From: the human T2T-CHM13v2.0 reference genome, Homo sapiens
Direction: 5' to 3' (one strand)
Assembly (NCBI RefSeq): GCF_009914755.1
Contig: NC_060937.1
Length of the DNA stretch: 64,000 nt
The notes below the pieces were generated by a model that saw nothing but the letters and a program-made list of their open reading frames with translations, was not told the DNA's origin and ran no database searches. A program made the position numbers and the translations under genes. Of this stretch, positions 48,646 to 61,927 are shown in pieces (the stretch's first letter is position 1; every line of letters starts with the position of its first letter).

Positions 48646-48805
48646 GCAAGGCTCTGCCGCAGGGGTCAGTGCGGAGGGGGCGGCCGCAAAGCTGGGGACA
48701 GGCCCGGGGGCCCACAGGGTCCCCACATTCCATGTAGCAAGGCTCTGCCCCTGGGGTCTGTGTGGAGGGGGTGGCGGCGAAGCTGGGGACAGGCCCGGGG
48801 GCCCG
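48646..48805. repeat. Two-copy local duplication, ~91-bp period
   Basis: GCAAGGCTCTGCC...GGAGGGGG...AAGCTGGGGACAGGCCCGGGGG at 48646 and 48737. Confidence 0.8.
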
Positions 48806-50849
48806 CAGATGCTCTGCACAGTACCAGCTCCCTACAGCTCGGACTGGATTCAGCGGGGGTCCCGCCTATGCTGGCAAGGCCAGATCAAGGGGTACAATTA
48901 TATAAAAGGGGTAAGATGTTGGTTTGAGGGATGAACTGGAAATACTACGTCTGCCCGTCCCCTGTCCCCTCCTCCCTTTTCCCCTCCCTTCCTCCTTCCT
49001 TTCCATCTTTCCTTCCTCCCTCCCTCTCTCTTCCGTCTTACACATGTGGCTGCACATGTGACGGGGAGCGCGGGAGCCATCCCCACAGGGCAGGGGAGAC
49101 AGGAAGGTGATAGGCGAGGCCGGACTGTGAAAGGACGGCAGGGCAGGGCGTGAGGCAGCCCAGAGCCCAGGCCAAGAGCTGGCAGGAGGCAGGATTGCCT
49201 GTGGGATGGGGCAGCAGAGGCAGGGCAGTGGCGGTCTGCGGTGGGAAGGAGGGCGGCTGGGAGAGGCGAGGCTGGCAGGGACGTCCAGAGGCCTCAGCCC
49301 AACTGGTCCTGGAATCCCATGGAAAAGTGCTGTTGCGGGGCGGGGGTAGGGGGGTGGCGGCGTTAGCAGGATGGCATCCGAATCAAATGTGTGTTCCTTT
49401 ACGTTCAGGGGAAAGTGGGTCTGGAAGAAGGCCCGGGGCCAGGGCAGGTCACAGAGGCTCTTCCAATGGCCAGGCCAGGGGTTCAAGTGGTGTAGACCTG
49501 GAGCAGAGAGACACCCAGGAGTGGGGAGGAGGACTTTGGGGTGCAGGTGATGGCAGGCACAGGGAGGTTGGGGAGTCATCACCCATCCTTAGTGCTGTGG
49601 ATGGAAGCGTCCCCAGAGGCAGAGGAGCAGATGGGGGTTTGGCAGGAGGAGGGGAGTTTGTCTTAAGACGTGGAGACGTCCAGTGGTGGATCTGCAGGTG
49701 GAAGCTCCGGAGAGAGGCGGGGGCTGAGAGCACAGAGCTGGGCCAGTGGCACTCAGCTAGTACTGAAGCCACGGCAGCCTCGCTGATGCTGGCCCGAGCC
49801 GGCCGCCCCTGCACCTCACAGGCTTCCTGCAACCTTACCAGGCGCAGGCCAGGGTCTGCCAGTATCTTCTGTCTCATGGTGCTGCATTTCTTCTGGCCTC
49901 CTCCTTAGATGCCTTCCAGCCAAACATCATCAAAGTCTTGAGAATTGTTCAGGAACATTTGGGTCAAAACCCAGTCACAGGTCCCAGCCCAGCTGCAAGG
50001 GGGTTAGGGTGCAGTAGTATCCTGTGTGGGGAAGAGGCATGGATTTGGTGGATGTCCTGCCTGTCCTTGCCACACCCAAGAGTGGGCCCTATTACCCAAG
50101 GGCAGTTGGGGGATAGGAGGTGCGGGGCTTTCCTGGGTGAGGTGAGGTCACAGAATGTGGGCGAGGAGAGGGCTTCAAAAAGGGAGGGGCAGGCAGCTCA
50201 GAGGTCAGGACAAGGGCAGATACACATCCAGGGGTTTTCATGGAAAAATCAATCTTTTGCAATTTCAAACTGGACAGTACCTACGCAAAGCTACCCTTTC
50301 ACATACTGCATTTGTTTACTCTCCCAGCCTGGTGTGGACTAAACAGAGTCGGTTAGAAAAGTGTTCTGATGCAGTCACAGCTTTCAAGGCCTCAGCTTGC
50401 ATAATTACAAGGGGCAGGAGCTGAAATTTCATCTGTGCGACATCAGCTCAAAAGGAGCCGAGACTGGAAGAAACCGGGAGCTATGATTTGCACTTTGATA
50501 ACTTAAGTGAAATAAATCGATGATTCCAAATGGAAAAAAATGACCAGGTCTATTTCTATAGACTTTAAAGATTATCCAGGTTAGAAATTTCCGCAAATGG
50601 GACAAAGATAAAATCAGTTGTTCACTAGTACCTATTTTAACACCTATAAGACAGTGTAAAAATTGGCTTTATCATGTTAATATCTTGCTATAAATTTTGA
50701 CATTAGTATTGTTCATTTTGAGCACAGACCTGGGCTTGCTGGCTAAAACACAGAGCTCTAGAACAGTTTCCATGAGGATGGGTAAATTAGGGAGTGCCTG
50801 TCCATGCTAGCCCAAGGGCCAGGTTCACCTGCACGCTCGGCACATTGCA

Positions 50850-51030
50850 GGATAGCTGTCAGTCTATTTGTCCTTCTCCCTGTCTGCAAGCCAAGTGCTT
50901 CATGCAGGTGTGATACACAGGAGGTGTGCAATAAATGTTGAATAATTGAGCAACTATATTTGCATTATTTTATTTGATTTTCCCAATCATCCTGCAAAAG
51001 TGAGAAAGGACAAACGGGATCTTCATTTTA
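50850..51030. mobile_element. L2 3' tail followed by antisense MIR fragment
   Basis: ACACAGGAGGTGTGCAATAAATGTTGAATAA (L2 tail), then TTTGCATTATTTTATTTGATTTTCCCAATCATCCTG (MIR). Confidence 0.45.
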
Positions 51031-51952
51031 CTTTTCTATTTTTTTAAATATTGAACAGGGAGGCTGCGTGGGCCCCAGGTTTACACCTGAGGATGCTGAG
51101 GATGAAAAGCGATTTGCCCAAGTGGGTGGGCATCACAGCTGCCCCTTGACCTTGGGATTCTCTGAATCTGAGGTGCGTCCTTCCCACCCCACTCAGACGC
51201 ACCCACCCAGTGGCTTCCACCATAATTAAGATTTTCGGATTATTCCAACATATTGCATATTTAAGGCTTATTCCAACATATTGCAATCATATAACTATTA
51301 AAAGCCATAAGCATAATTTGCAACATACGTACCCATATCTCACTTGTATTTTGACCATATGTATGACATGAATAGTGTGTGGATTTTATAGAAGCAGAGG
51401 TTTAATGATGCTCATCTGAGTCTCCCACATGGAAGGGCATACTGATAAGTGGGTGGATTCAAAATAATCCAGGTTACTTTATTAGATTTCCCACTGGGGG
51501 ATTTTAAAACCTTGCTTATACCGGGGTCTCGGTGCGACCGGTACCCTGCCTGCCTCAGAGTCCTGGATGCAGCCTCACTCTCCCCTCTGCTGCCCCAGAT
51601 CCGGCCTCCGGAGGAAAACACCCTGGTCCTAAATATTCATGAGTCTCCACACAAAGTGCCTGTGGCAAGATGTGCTCTTCTCCCTGGGAGCTGATAATCC
51701 GGGACCATCATTACCACTGAGGAGACTGTGTGAGTCAGGTTGCCTGAGAGGGCCCTGCTTTTTCACCTGTTGTTGTGATGTAATTGATACGTGTGCCATT
51801 GTTCATTTCCAAACATGAGAGGGAGCTTTTATGTGATCACCCTACTTAGAGCTGGCATCTACTGAGTCCTGAAGAGAAGGCACCATTGTGAGTGATGGGC
51901 ACGTGTTACCTATGGTAATCTTCCCCACACCATGAAGAGGGAACGATAGCTT

Positions 51953-52097
51953 TGCAGTTAACAGCACAGATTCTGGGTCGACCTGCTTGGGGGTGTGGTC
52001 CTCACTAGCTGTGGACCTTGAATAAGCTCCTAAACATCTTTATGCTCCATGTCCTTCATCTGCATATGAAGATGCTAATAATAATAATGGCCTCATG
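51953..52097 (+). mobile_element. MIR fragment
   Basis: GCAGTTAACAGCACAGATTCTGG...CACTAGCTGTGGACCTTGAATAAG...CTTCATCTGCATATGAAGATGCTAATA. Confidence 0.65.
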
Positions 52098-52844
52098 TCT
52101 TCATTTGCAAGAAGAAAAAAAAAAAAGCGCTGCAGCCACTGAGGCTGGACCAGACAGGACAGCATACGGAGGGTGTCCTATGGGCTCTAAAGTGCTGCGT
52201 AAACACACGCGGTCACCATAACCACCTGACTTTCATCTGTTATTTTGCTTTTTATCTTATTTAATATTTTAAGCTCGTTTCATGTTGAAAATAATGTATG
52301 AGGGCTAGAGATATGAGGAATTATTACATGCAATCCCTATTTTTAAGGTACTTATTATTCATATTTATTTGAGGAGATAGAAAATAAATATGAGAACATT
52401 AACGAAAAGAAGGCCCATCATATACCCTGGGGTAGGGTGCTGCTGATGGAAAGAGTAACACAGACTTGGGGGCCAGGAGCTCAGTGGGGACAGTCAGGAG
52501 CTGTCCCACAGGGCAGCCAAGAACAGCCTTGGTTGCACATCAGTTCTAGAAAGCAGAGTTTTCTTGCCCACTTCAGACAAGTCTGTGGTTTTATTTTGTA
52601 TGTGAAAAGAAACCTGTGTTGGATGTACGACTGACTTGGAATTGGAAAATGACTTTGGGCAGTGATGACACAAAATTAAATATAGCTTTTGTAAAGAGAA
52701 AAAAGATAGCATTTATTCCTATAAATCTTACTATACATGAGTCCCCAGGCATTAACTATACACTATATACTAGACATGATTTTTTACATGGGTTGGCTTA
52801 CTCTGCCTGATATAAATTTATGACTCAGAGGCTGCTTTTGTCTT

Positions 52845-52990
52845 CGGTTCCCAGATGAAAAACCTGAGTTTCAGAGAGGTTAAGTAACTTCTCCAAGGCA
52901 GCATATCCACCACCTGGCAGGGCTGAGATTTGGACTGAGACCAACTGGATCCAGAGTCCTTGTAGTTACGGACACACTCTGCCGCCCTTT
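52845..52990 (-). mobile_element. MIR fragment
   Basis: CAGATGAAAAACCTGAGTTTCAGAGAGGTTAAGTAACTTCTCCAAGG, antisense MIR core. Confidence 0.75.
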
Positions 52991-53141
52991 GTGAGGACTG
53001 AGTAGAATGCAGGCCATGTGGCTCCTGAGCCCTCGAACATTCTCTATACCCCTGGGAACCTAAACTAACTGCTTTTTCATTGAAATGTCCTGTTTCTTCC
53101 CTTATTCTATGAACCTGGGGAGTCACTGTCTAAAGGGCACC

Positions 53142-53599
53142 CGCGTTGGTTCCATAGGGTTACTGTAACAAAGTGCCACAAACAGGGTGGCTCCAAACCA
53201 CGGAGATGAACCCTCTCACAGTCCTGGAAGCCGGAAGTCTGGAATTAGGGCATCCAAAGGGCCGTGCTCCCTCGGAAGCCCCTGGGGAGAGATGCTTTCC
53301 CATCTCTTCCACTATCTGGTGGCCCCATAGCCCCAGTGCCCCCATGGCTTGTAGATGCTTCAGTCCGATCTCTGTCTCCATCCTCATGCCTTCTTCCTGC
53401 GTGTCTCCTCTCTGTGTCCAACCCGCTCTCCTTATGAGGATACCAGCCCTGTTGGATTAGGGTCTACCCGACTCCTGGATGACCTCCTCTTGTCTAATTA
53501 CATCTGCAATGACCTTACTTCCAAAAAAGTCACATTGTGAAGTTCTAGGGGAGAGAGCCTCAGCATATCTTTTGTAGGGACACAGTTCAACCTGTAACA
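53142..53599 (-). mobile_element. MLT1C-like MaLR solo LTR
   Basis: CTGTAACAAAGTGCCACAAACAGGGTGGC...TAATTACATCTGCAATGACC...GGGACACAGTTCAACCTGTAACA. Perfect 5-bp TSD GCACC (53137-53141 / 53600-53604). Confidence 0.92.
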
Positions 53600-53709
53600 G
53601 CACCCACAAAGAAAAAGCATGGCCCCAGAGAGGGTGGGCTGAGACGTCTGTAAAAATTCTTCAGTATAGGCTCTGACTAAGAGCAGAGGTGCTGGCCCTG
53701 CAATGGCTG

Positions 53710-54122
53710 TGAACTATGCTGTTCTTGCATTGCTTTAAATAAATACTGGAGACTGGGTTGTTTACAAAGAAAAGACGTTTAATTGGCTCATGGTTCTGCA
53801 GGCTGTATAAGCATGGTGCTGGCATCTGCTCAGCTTCTGAGAAGGCCTCGGGAAGCTTCCAGTCATGGTGGAAGGTGGAGGGAGAGCAGGCACATCACAG
53901 TGAGAGCAGGAACGAGAGAGAAAGAGAGCAAGAGAGAGAGGGAGGGAGGTGCCACACACTTTAAATGACCAGATCTCATGTAAACTCAGAGCAAGAGCTC
54001 ACTCATCACCAAGAGGATGGCCCCAGGATCCGTCCCCCATGACCCCATCACCTCCCACCAGGCCCAACTCCAACACTGAGGATTACGTTCCAACATGAGA
54101 TTTGGGTGGCCAAACTCTAGCA
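53710..54122 (-). mobile_element. MSTA-like MaLR solo LTR
   Basis: GTTCTTGCATTGCTTTAAATAAATACTGGAGACTGGG...TTTAATTGGCTCATGGTTCTGCAGGCTGTA...CACCTCCCACCAGGCCC...CAACATGAGATTTGG. TSD GGCTG/GGCCA. Confidence 0.92.
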
Positions 54123-55401
54123 GGCCACTCAATAGATCAGAACGGACAGTGACTCACTAGCCTGGACACTCAGCCAGCAGGCGGGGGGTGCCCATTCGTG
54201 ACTGTCTGCCCAACCCAACAGAGATCCCATCAGTCTGGCCGGGTGGCACCTTCAACCCCTGGCCAGGCTGAACACGGCTGAAGGGCAACCCAGGTCTGAG
54301 AGGAAGAAGGAAACAGTGGCTCTGTGGGCGCAGGTTTTGCCTTAAGAAGTTCAGCATAGCCCAACCAGCAGTTGGGCACTGCTTTGCGGTAAGTGGACAG
54401 ACAGAGAGGCCTGGTGGGCTTTGGCATGGCTGACCCCTCATTGCCTAGTGTGTGGCTGTGTCACTGCCTGCTGCCTAGAGAGTGTGAGAACGAAAATAAG
54501 AGAGGGTCATCGAGCATCGTGACTGGAATAGGAGGCGTCGGACCCTCTGGGCAGCCCCCTGACGAGAAGCCCCTGCCTTTCTTGGGGTGGGTGGAGCACA
54601 GGACGCTGGATTTTAGTCTGAGGAGCTCACATCTCCCCAGCTGCATCGGAACCTGTAAATGTCGGGGTGGGGGAGATTAGCCGACCTTCTTCAAGGAATG
54701 AAGAAAACAGCCGCTCTCTGTAGAGCCTGATGTGCCAGGTAGGGCCACAGCAGGCTTTCCAGATCTTCTCTGGGAAAGAACAAAGCATAAATAAGTATAA
54801 ATACAAATTCCTTTCATTCTCTTGGGCTGTGGTTCTAACTCTGGACTGTAGCATTTGGGTCAGGGAATGCAGGGTCTTGGTAGTTATTCACATGTTGCAC
54901 AGGATGTCTCCAACGTGGCTGGGAGGTGAAGTTGCTGAATCGTTCAAGTGCCATCTCTTATTTCATCTGGACCCCATTGTATTTTGGGAGGAAGGCCAAG
55001 CCCTGAGCACCGAATTAAACCTCCTGTGACTTGGCCTCCCTCCGCCTTCTCGGCTGTGCTTGAGGTGGGCTGAGGATTACTCTGTCTTTACTAAAGAAGT
55101 TTTCTTTTCCCTTGATGACTTGAACTTAAAAACACAAATCAAAGAGTTGTGTGATTTCCATAGGGACGCATTAGGCAGGAGGAAATTATTCCCATCAGAA
55201 TCCAGTGAATTTCATGTATATCTAGAATTGCTCTTATAATAAAAAATAAATGTTCTATAAGTGACGGTACCTGGGGAAATCACTCGTCCTACATCAGTTG
55301 ATTTTGTGCTCAGAAGTCAGGTTTCCCAGCCCCCTGTACCTTTCATCTTCCTGCTTCACCATCACTAATTATGTGACTTTATTTCACAGCATCTTATATT
55401 T

Positions 55402-55435
<34 letters not shown>
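55402..55435. repeat. (TG)n microsatellite
   Basis: TGTGTGCGTGTGTG... about 16 units. Confidence 0.95.
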
Positions 55436-55439
<4 letters not shown>

Positions 55440-56159
55440 TCAAACAACACTTATTTGTGCCTTCAATGGGACTGACTTAGGTTCCTGTCGAGCTCAGGCT
55501 GTGGCTCGGTGGGAAGCTAAGTCTGCACCGGCTCACCGCAGAACTTGTGCTTCCTCAAAAGCCCCGGCACACATACACAACAGAAAGAGGCTGTGGCCAC
55601 AGCAGTTTTGGGAGTGCAAGGGCCGGTTACCCCTCATTTTGGCCGCAGTGGTTTGCTACCATCAGCTTGAGAGAATTTCTTTCTCTTGCAAGGTGAGTGA
55701 CGGTTTAGAGCCAATATTGGAAAAAATACCCCTGCATGAAGAAAGTAAGAGACAGAGCCTGCATCATCCTTGGTAGGAAGACGATGAAGGTTCAGAAGAG
55801 GGTTGCTAAGGGGCTGCTGGTTCACAAAGATGGGGACGCAGCCGGCCCAGGAGGGGGTGACATGCTCAGGAAGGGCTGACATCAGCATGCAAGGGGTTGC
55901 CCTGTTGTCAACTTGCTGCTGGAATTTAGAGGAAAATAAAGCCGTGGTGTATCTCTTGCTGGTAGTTAACACTGTAAATTAAAATGAGAACCCCAACCCA
56001 CAATGTGAAACTCTGGAAGTCAGAATGTCTCAGTTGCCTACATACTGGGCCACTGAAATAAAAACCATCTCCCTCTCTCCCTCTCTCAACACATGCACAC
56101 ACACACTCAAAGAAAACAAAAGACTTCGTTAGCAGGTCTTTGCAAAGTTCACAGAATGC

Positions 56160-57850
56160 CAGCGGGGAGATCCTTTCCACACACACCGAGTCTTTGTTTC
56201 CTTAGGTGCATTCTGTACAGGGGGGCGGGGGTACGGGCAGAAAGTACCAGGGAGAAGGGCTCTGGAGCGGCGGATGGAGTTGTCCTAGGCTCTCGGAAGC
56301 GAGACACGTTGTCGATTTAAAAACAAATATTGGGTTTCCATTTTTTTCTGAACGGGATAAGGCAATTTCTTTTAGATTGTTTAAACTCTCCCCGCTAGAT
56401 TGAAGGGGGCGGTGGGTATTATTTCTAGATTTAGACGCCGTACGGGTGATAATGCAGCGACTCCCGTCTGTGGCTGGGAGCTGTGGCTGCACGAGACCCG
56501 GAATTCGAAAGGCTCTGCCTCCCCATGGACGGAGACTTCCGTTGTTTTCTTTCCTTTCTCTCCGCAGCGGAGAGGGCTGGAGCGGATTTGGGTTCACATG
56601 AAAGTGTGCAGTGTTAACTAGGTGGCATATGGGTGGGGGGACATTCCTGCCTGTCCACTGCAGCCGGGGGGCGCGTCTCCATGGAGATAAGAAGCGAAAG
56701 TGCTCCGTGGAGCCTAATTGGTATGCATCCCTGGTTCACGTTCATTGTGCTCCTGCTAATGACAGGGTTGTCTCAGTAATAAGGATGGTGCACTGGAGAA
56801 ATTTGCTGCCTTGGTATATTTTTCCCTGGCAGAAAACTACTTAGAGACTGTAGTCAGTAAGAAGAGTGACTGGCAGGCTCAAGGGCTGCCCGCAGCATAT
56901 GGGGGAAGGCTGCTGCTCCGTGCCACATGCATATGCTGCCATTAGACTCCAGCTTTGCGCTTTGTGTGTTCCTGGGCCCGTGCCAGGAAGCCCACCTGCT
57001 GCAAGAATACTTGTAAAGCCCAACTCAAAAGTGATTGAAAAGCTGCTGGAATAAACTGTAATAACACAGTAACACAGAGCTTCACAGATGGGACATAATT
57101 GCACGCCGAAGTGCACAGCCTCTGCAGTAATGAAAACACGAGCCATTAAATTAAAATCACAAGGGAAAAAACGATAAAAGTCTGTTGATTTTTTTTTTTT
57201 TAGTTTTATTGCAAAAACTTCAATTTTCCTGCCCTCATTAATCAAATACCATAAAACTATAGCGTTACTTTGTTCTGGTGGAGATTCAGGCAATTAAAAT
57301 GATGAATGTTGATTAAAATGATGTAACTTTGGTTATTTACTTGCTAGGATAACTTAAACCCTCTGTAACCAGAGCCGCAAGCTACTGACACTCATCTGCG
57401 TGTCTGCAGATCGCAAAAGCCTTTGGGCACCTGCTCTGGAAGTTCGTGGAGGAGTCTGTCCAAGTTCGCCCAAGGCCGAGGGGGCTATCAAAGAAGAGCT
57501 CTGGGTTTTGTGCTCAATATTGATACATGTGAAGGGTAAATCCTTTCTCCCCGATCAGCCTGCCCTTTTTCTGAAATATTAGTAATTTTCTTTTTCTTTT
57601 TCCTTTTTTTTTTTTTTTTGGACAATTAAGGGAGACTTGTCCAACTATGTAAACACAGAAAGCACTCAAGCAACAATGCCCTCGTAATTAGCAGCGGGCA
57701 GGCCGGCGTCTGGGCTGGCCCGTCAGGCGCGGCGTCAGCTGAAAGGGCCCAGCAGGGCTCTGCGACGTTGGGCTCTCGAGGCCTGGCCGGCAAAGCCCAG
57801 TGCGGCATTGTTCGGCTCCTTTCTGTGGGTGGGCCCTACGAGGAGAAAGA
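56160..57850. promoter_or_regulatory. Candidate regulatory region: CpG-rich patches flanking an AT-rich homeodomain-motif block
   Basis: No recognisable repeat. CpG-dense at 56160-56720 and 57690-57815. TAAT/ATTA-rich block at 57050-57340. FOX, SOX and homeodomain motifs at 57648-57812. Confidence 0.45.
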
Positions 57851-60611
57851 AACATTTGTGTCACCCAAGTAAACAGCCTTGAAAAGACTTTCTTTTTTCA
57901 TTTTTAATTATTCATTTCTTCAGCATTCCTCATGGCAAAGTGGAATGATTCCCACCCATTCAAAAAAAAAAAAAAAAAAGAAAAGAAGAAAAAGAAAAGA
58001 GAAAATCAGCAGCAATAGGACCAATATATTTTCAATTTACAAACCGAGACAGGTGTGGGGCTTCATGTCCCCTCCAGCGGGACTGCAGGGAAAAGGAACC
58101 CGCGTTTGTCGTTGCAACTTGTTTCCTTTCTTCCCCTTCCCTGAAAAGGACACAGGGGCGATTTCTCTCCTGTGAGTCTCCTTTGCTCCAAGAAGGCCTT
58201 GCCAGTCACTAGAGGTGCTAATGAGTCATTCACAAAAACAACACCCTCCCTTTCTCAGCGGCCTCAGCTGAACACTGTCTCTGAAGGAGGGACATTTGCC
58301 GCTGGGTGAAAACTCAGAACGATTCAGTGGCAGGTTCAAAACAATAATCATAAGCAGAAGCAGCATCCCTGCCCCGTCCACGGCGGGCAGCACAGGGGAG
58401 AACAGCAGGGCGGGAAGCTGCCGTCCAGCCTTTGACTCGGTGCAGATTGGTTATTTTCCCAGGGCATGAGCCTGTCTGTTGGATAGAGTCCTTTCTTTCG
58501 GGGGACGGTGGCAGGGCTCACCGGGCAGCCACACTCAGGTGCAGACAAGTAAACAGAGGGCCAGGCGCTCACGGTGCTGCCAGACTACACCACAGGCAGC
58601 AGCTTCCTGTGCCTCAGTTTACCAGGGGATGCACTGCCCTCCTGAAGTGCCATGTCACGACCCCTTGTCTGCACACACCGCAACACTCACATTGTATTCC
58701 CGTGTAGTCAGCCGGGTGTTATCACTCTGCCACACCCCAACAGTGCCACGTCCTGTACTGTGGGGCCCTAGACATCTTCCCAGAGGTGGGATTTATGTGT
58801 TACGCTGGGAATGAGGCACACACGTAAGGCCGGCAAAGGGCTTGCCAAACTGCTCGTGGGATCCTCCTACTCGGACCCGTTCTCTTTGGTGACTCGGCAG
58901 CCTGTTCCATGTGGCAGGCAGGATCCTGGCTGGGCTCCATGCTCCCTGAGGCGGGTGGGCTGGCCAGCCCCTGCCCAGTGGCCCCGGAGGGCATTTGGGC
59001 CACAGGAGGGGCAGAGTGTTGAAGTCAGGACAACACTGGGTTGGGGGGGGGTTCGGTTCTAACTTGAACTTCATCGGGGTGGCGTGTTCGCGTCACGTGG
59101 CCGTGTTTGTGTGAGCAGGGCTGCCCTGCACCTCCTCAACATGCTGAGAAGTGGCCGGGGCTGGGATGCGGGCCGCGGCTTCACCGTGCAACTGCGGCCC
59201 ATTGCTACGTGCCTCGTGTGCTCTGCCATGGAGCCCAAATGTGGCAAAGTACGGCCCTTTGAACCCTCAAAGCAACATGCAGCAATTTTAAGTGCGAAGG
59301 GAGAAGGTTTTTCATATTGATGGGGTTTTTCCTCCTTCAGCCAAACAACTGATTCACAAAAAAGGCATGGGAAGTCTCTGCTTCTGATGGGATGTCCGTG
59401 CAGAGCACGTGGGCTCCCCACGGGAATGTGGAAGTGACAGCCAGCAGGCCCCTTCTGAAGCAACACAGGTGGGAGCTCGGTTGCTGTGTGGAAGAAAGCA
59501 GCCGGCTACCCAGGGCAGAGGAGGGTTTCTGGAGCCCCTGGGACCGTGGGAGCCCAGGTTCATGTTTCCTCACCCTCATCCCTGACGCTGCCCTGCAGCC
59601 TGGCCTGCTGTCCTGTCCATGGGTGCCTTTTTGGAAATTTTACCAAACAAGCCAGGTTGAAAGGCACACAAGCAAATGCTCACAGGTACCTGAGAGAGCC
59701 TGCCGGGATCAGGGCGCTCAGGAGGCCTGAACACTCCCACACTGCACAGCGTTACTCTGCACAGGGTTAGAACGCTTCCTCGAGAATCTTGTCATGAGTG
59801 CATTTCTCTTGCTTAAAAAAGAGTGGCGAGGCTGGGCACACACCGACAGTGCGCAGGCAGCCATGCCGAACCATGTAGGGACATCGGGTACACTCAGGTC
59901 CCTTGCGCCCTAACAGGAACCAAGGGCCGTCCCCTGTAGAAACGTTTCTTGCCTGGTGACCAACGTCTGGTTCTAGATGTTTGCTTTCTCTGCTCTGTGT
60001 TCCTTCTCATTCCCAAGCCCAAACTTGGAGGGGATGCTGAGGATGCTGACCGAGCGCAAATGTGGCTGAATTAAGGCAGTTTGTGGGACAACAGAAGTTT
60101 GTAGTTTATGATAATTAAACAGTGTTCTCTCTTCACATCATAAGACTCTATCTTTGGCGATAGAATTGATTGACTTTCAAATTTGGTTGTTTTTCTCCTC
60201 TCTGCCTTAATAAGATGTTCTAAAGGAAAAATGGCTGTTTGTTTTGTGGTAGGATCCTTAAGAGAAGGATTCGAGGCCCTGCAATCCCAAAAGATGCTGT
60301 TTCAAGAAAGGAGTAAACGGTCCTTTCACAGGTCTCCTGGGTCTCCGTGAAGGATTACAAAGAGTTATAGATCTGGGTTTTGCTATGATATTTTACTAGT
60401 TTTGGTCAACTGGCCATCTTTTGGCAACACGGGAATTGACAGGAGAGTTGCTTCAACTTCTTAAAAGGCTTGGACTGATGGGTGTTGTCCATTTCTCAGG
60501 TCTGGTAACGTGTCAAACTTGAGACCTTAGGTGTCCAGAAAAAATATGGCCATAGAGGTGTTCAGTCATCTGGTCATTCCTTGTCTCTGGGGGTCTAGAA
60601 GATAATTTGTA

Positions 60612-60927
<316 letters not shown>

Positions 60928-61432
60928 TCATCTCCTTCTCGGATCTGTTGGGGCCAAACACCTTCAGCTGGGCTGTGCTTCAGACCTTGTTCTTTCCACA
61001 GGACCAGGTTCTGCTCAGCCACAAAAGTCAGTGGCATTCTCTGCTCCAGGGCCTCTCAGCTGCCGCTTAATGACTTTACCTCAGGCTTTGCGGCTTTTTC
61101 CTCTTCTGGCTTCCCCCTTAACAGTTTTCCGCATCCTAGTCTGGGCAGAATCCTCCTAATACCACACTTATTAATGGATTCTAGAAATTTCTGACACTTG
61201 GATGAGAAAGCTTTCCACGCGGCTTGTTGGCCGTGGGTTTCCGGTGAGTGTGTGGCTCTCCCCAGCGGGCCGGGTGACAGTCTGTGTCCATCCACTGGAA
61301 GGTTCTGCTTGGAATCAACTGAGTCACAAACAAAATCCAGAAACGCGTTCTGGGGTCGTGCTTTTATCCGTTGGAGGTCAACACGTGTGGAAAATCAGCC
61401 TGGGAAGCCACAGGCCCCCCAGGACCGATCCA

Positions 61433-61927
61433 CAGTGAGGCTGTGGCCCCTGGTCACCGTCGTCCTGTTCTCTGGTGACAGTGAGGCTGTGTCCCCTGGT
61501 CACCATCGTGCTGTTCTCTGGTGACAGTGAGGCTGTGTCCCCTGGTCACCGTCGTGCTGTTCTCTGGTGATAGGCTGTGTCCCCTGGTCACCGTCGTACT
61601 GTTCTCTGGTGACAGCGAGGCTGTGTCCGCTGGTCACCGTCGTGCTGTTCTCTGGTGACAGGCTGTGTCCCCTGGTCACCATCGTGCTGTTCTCTGGTGA
61701 CAGGCTGTGTCCCCTGGTCACCATCGTGCTGTTCTCTGGTGACAGTGAGGCTGTGTCCCCTGGTCACCGTCGTGCTGTTCTCTGGTGACAGTGAGGCTGT
61801 GGCCCCTGGTCACCGTCGTGCTGTTCTCTGGTGACAGTGAGGCTGTGGCCCCTGGTCACCGTCGTGCTGTTCTCTGGTGACAGTGAGGCTGTGTCCCCTG
61901 GTCACTGTCGTGCTGTTCTCTGGTGAC
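61433..61927. repeat. 46/42-bp minisatellite, 11 copies
   Basis: CAGTGAGGCTGTGTCCCCTGGTCACCGTCGTGCTGTTCTCTGGTGA. Unit lengths 46,46,46,42,46,42,42,46,46,46,46. Confidence 0.96.

Noticed and set aside
48899-48910. TATA box TATATAAAAG
   Set aside because: Isolated motif with no supporting initiator or exon evidence. Expected by chance in 64 kb.
48283-49908. Cluster of 214-252 aa ORFs on both strands
   Set aside because: GC-rich stop-poor sequence including a local duplication and a CT-rich tract. No protein features.
51241-51286. TATTCCAACATATTGCA direct repeat, 28-bp period
   Set aside because: Simple two-copy slippage duplication with no further structure.
61433-61927. Palindromic repeats resembling CRISPR direct repeats
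   Set aside because: No variable spacers. Contiguous tandem units only.
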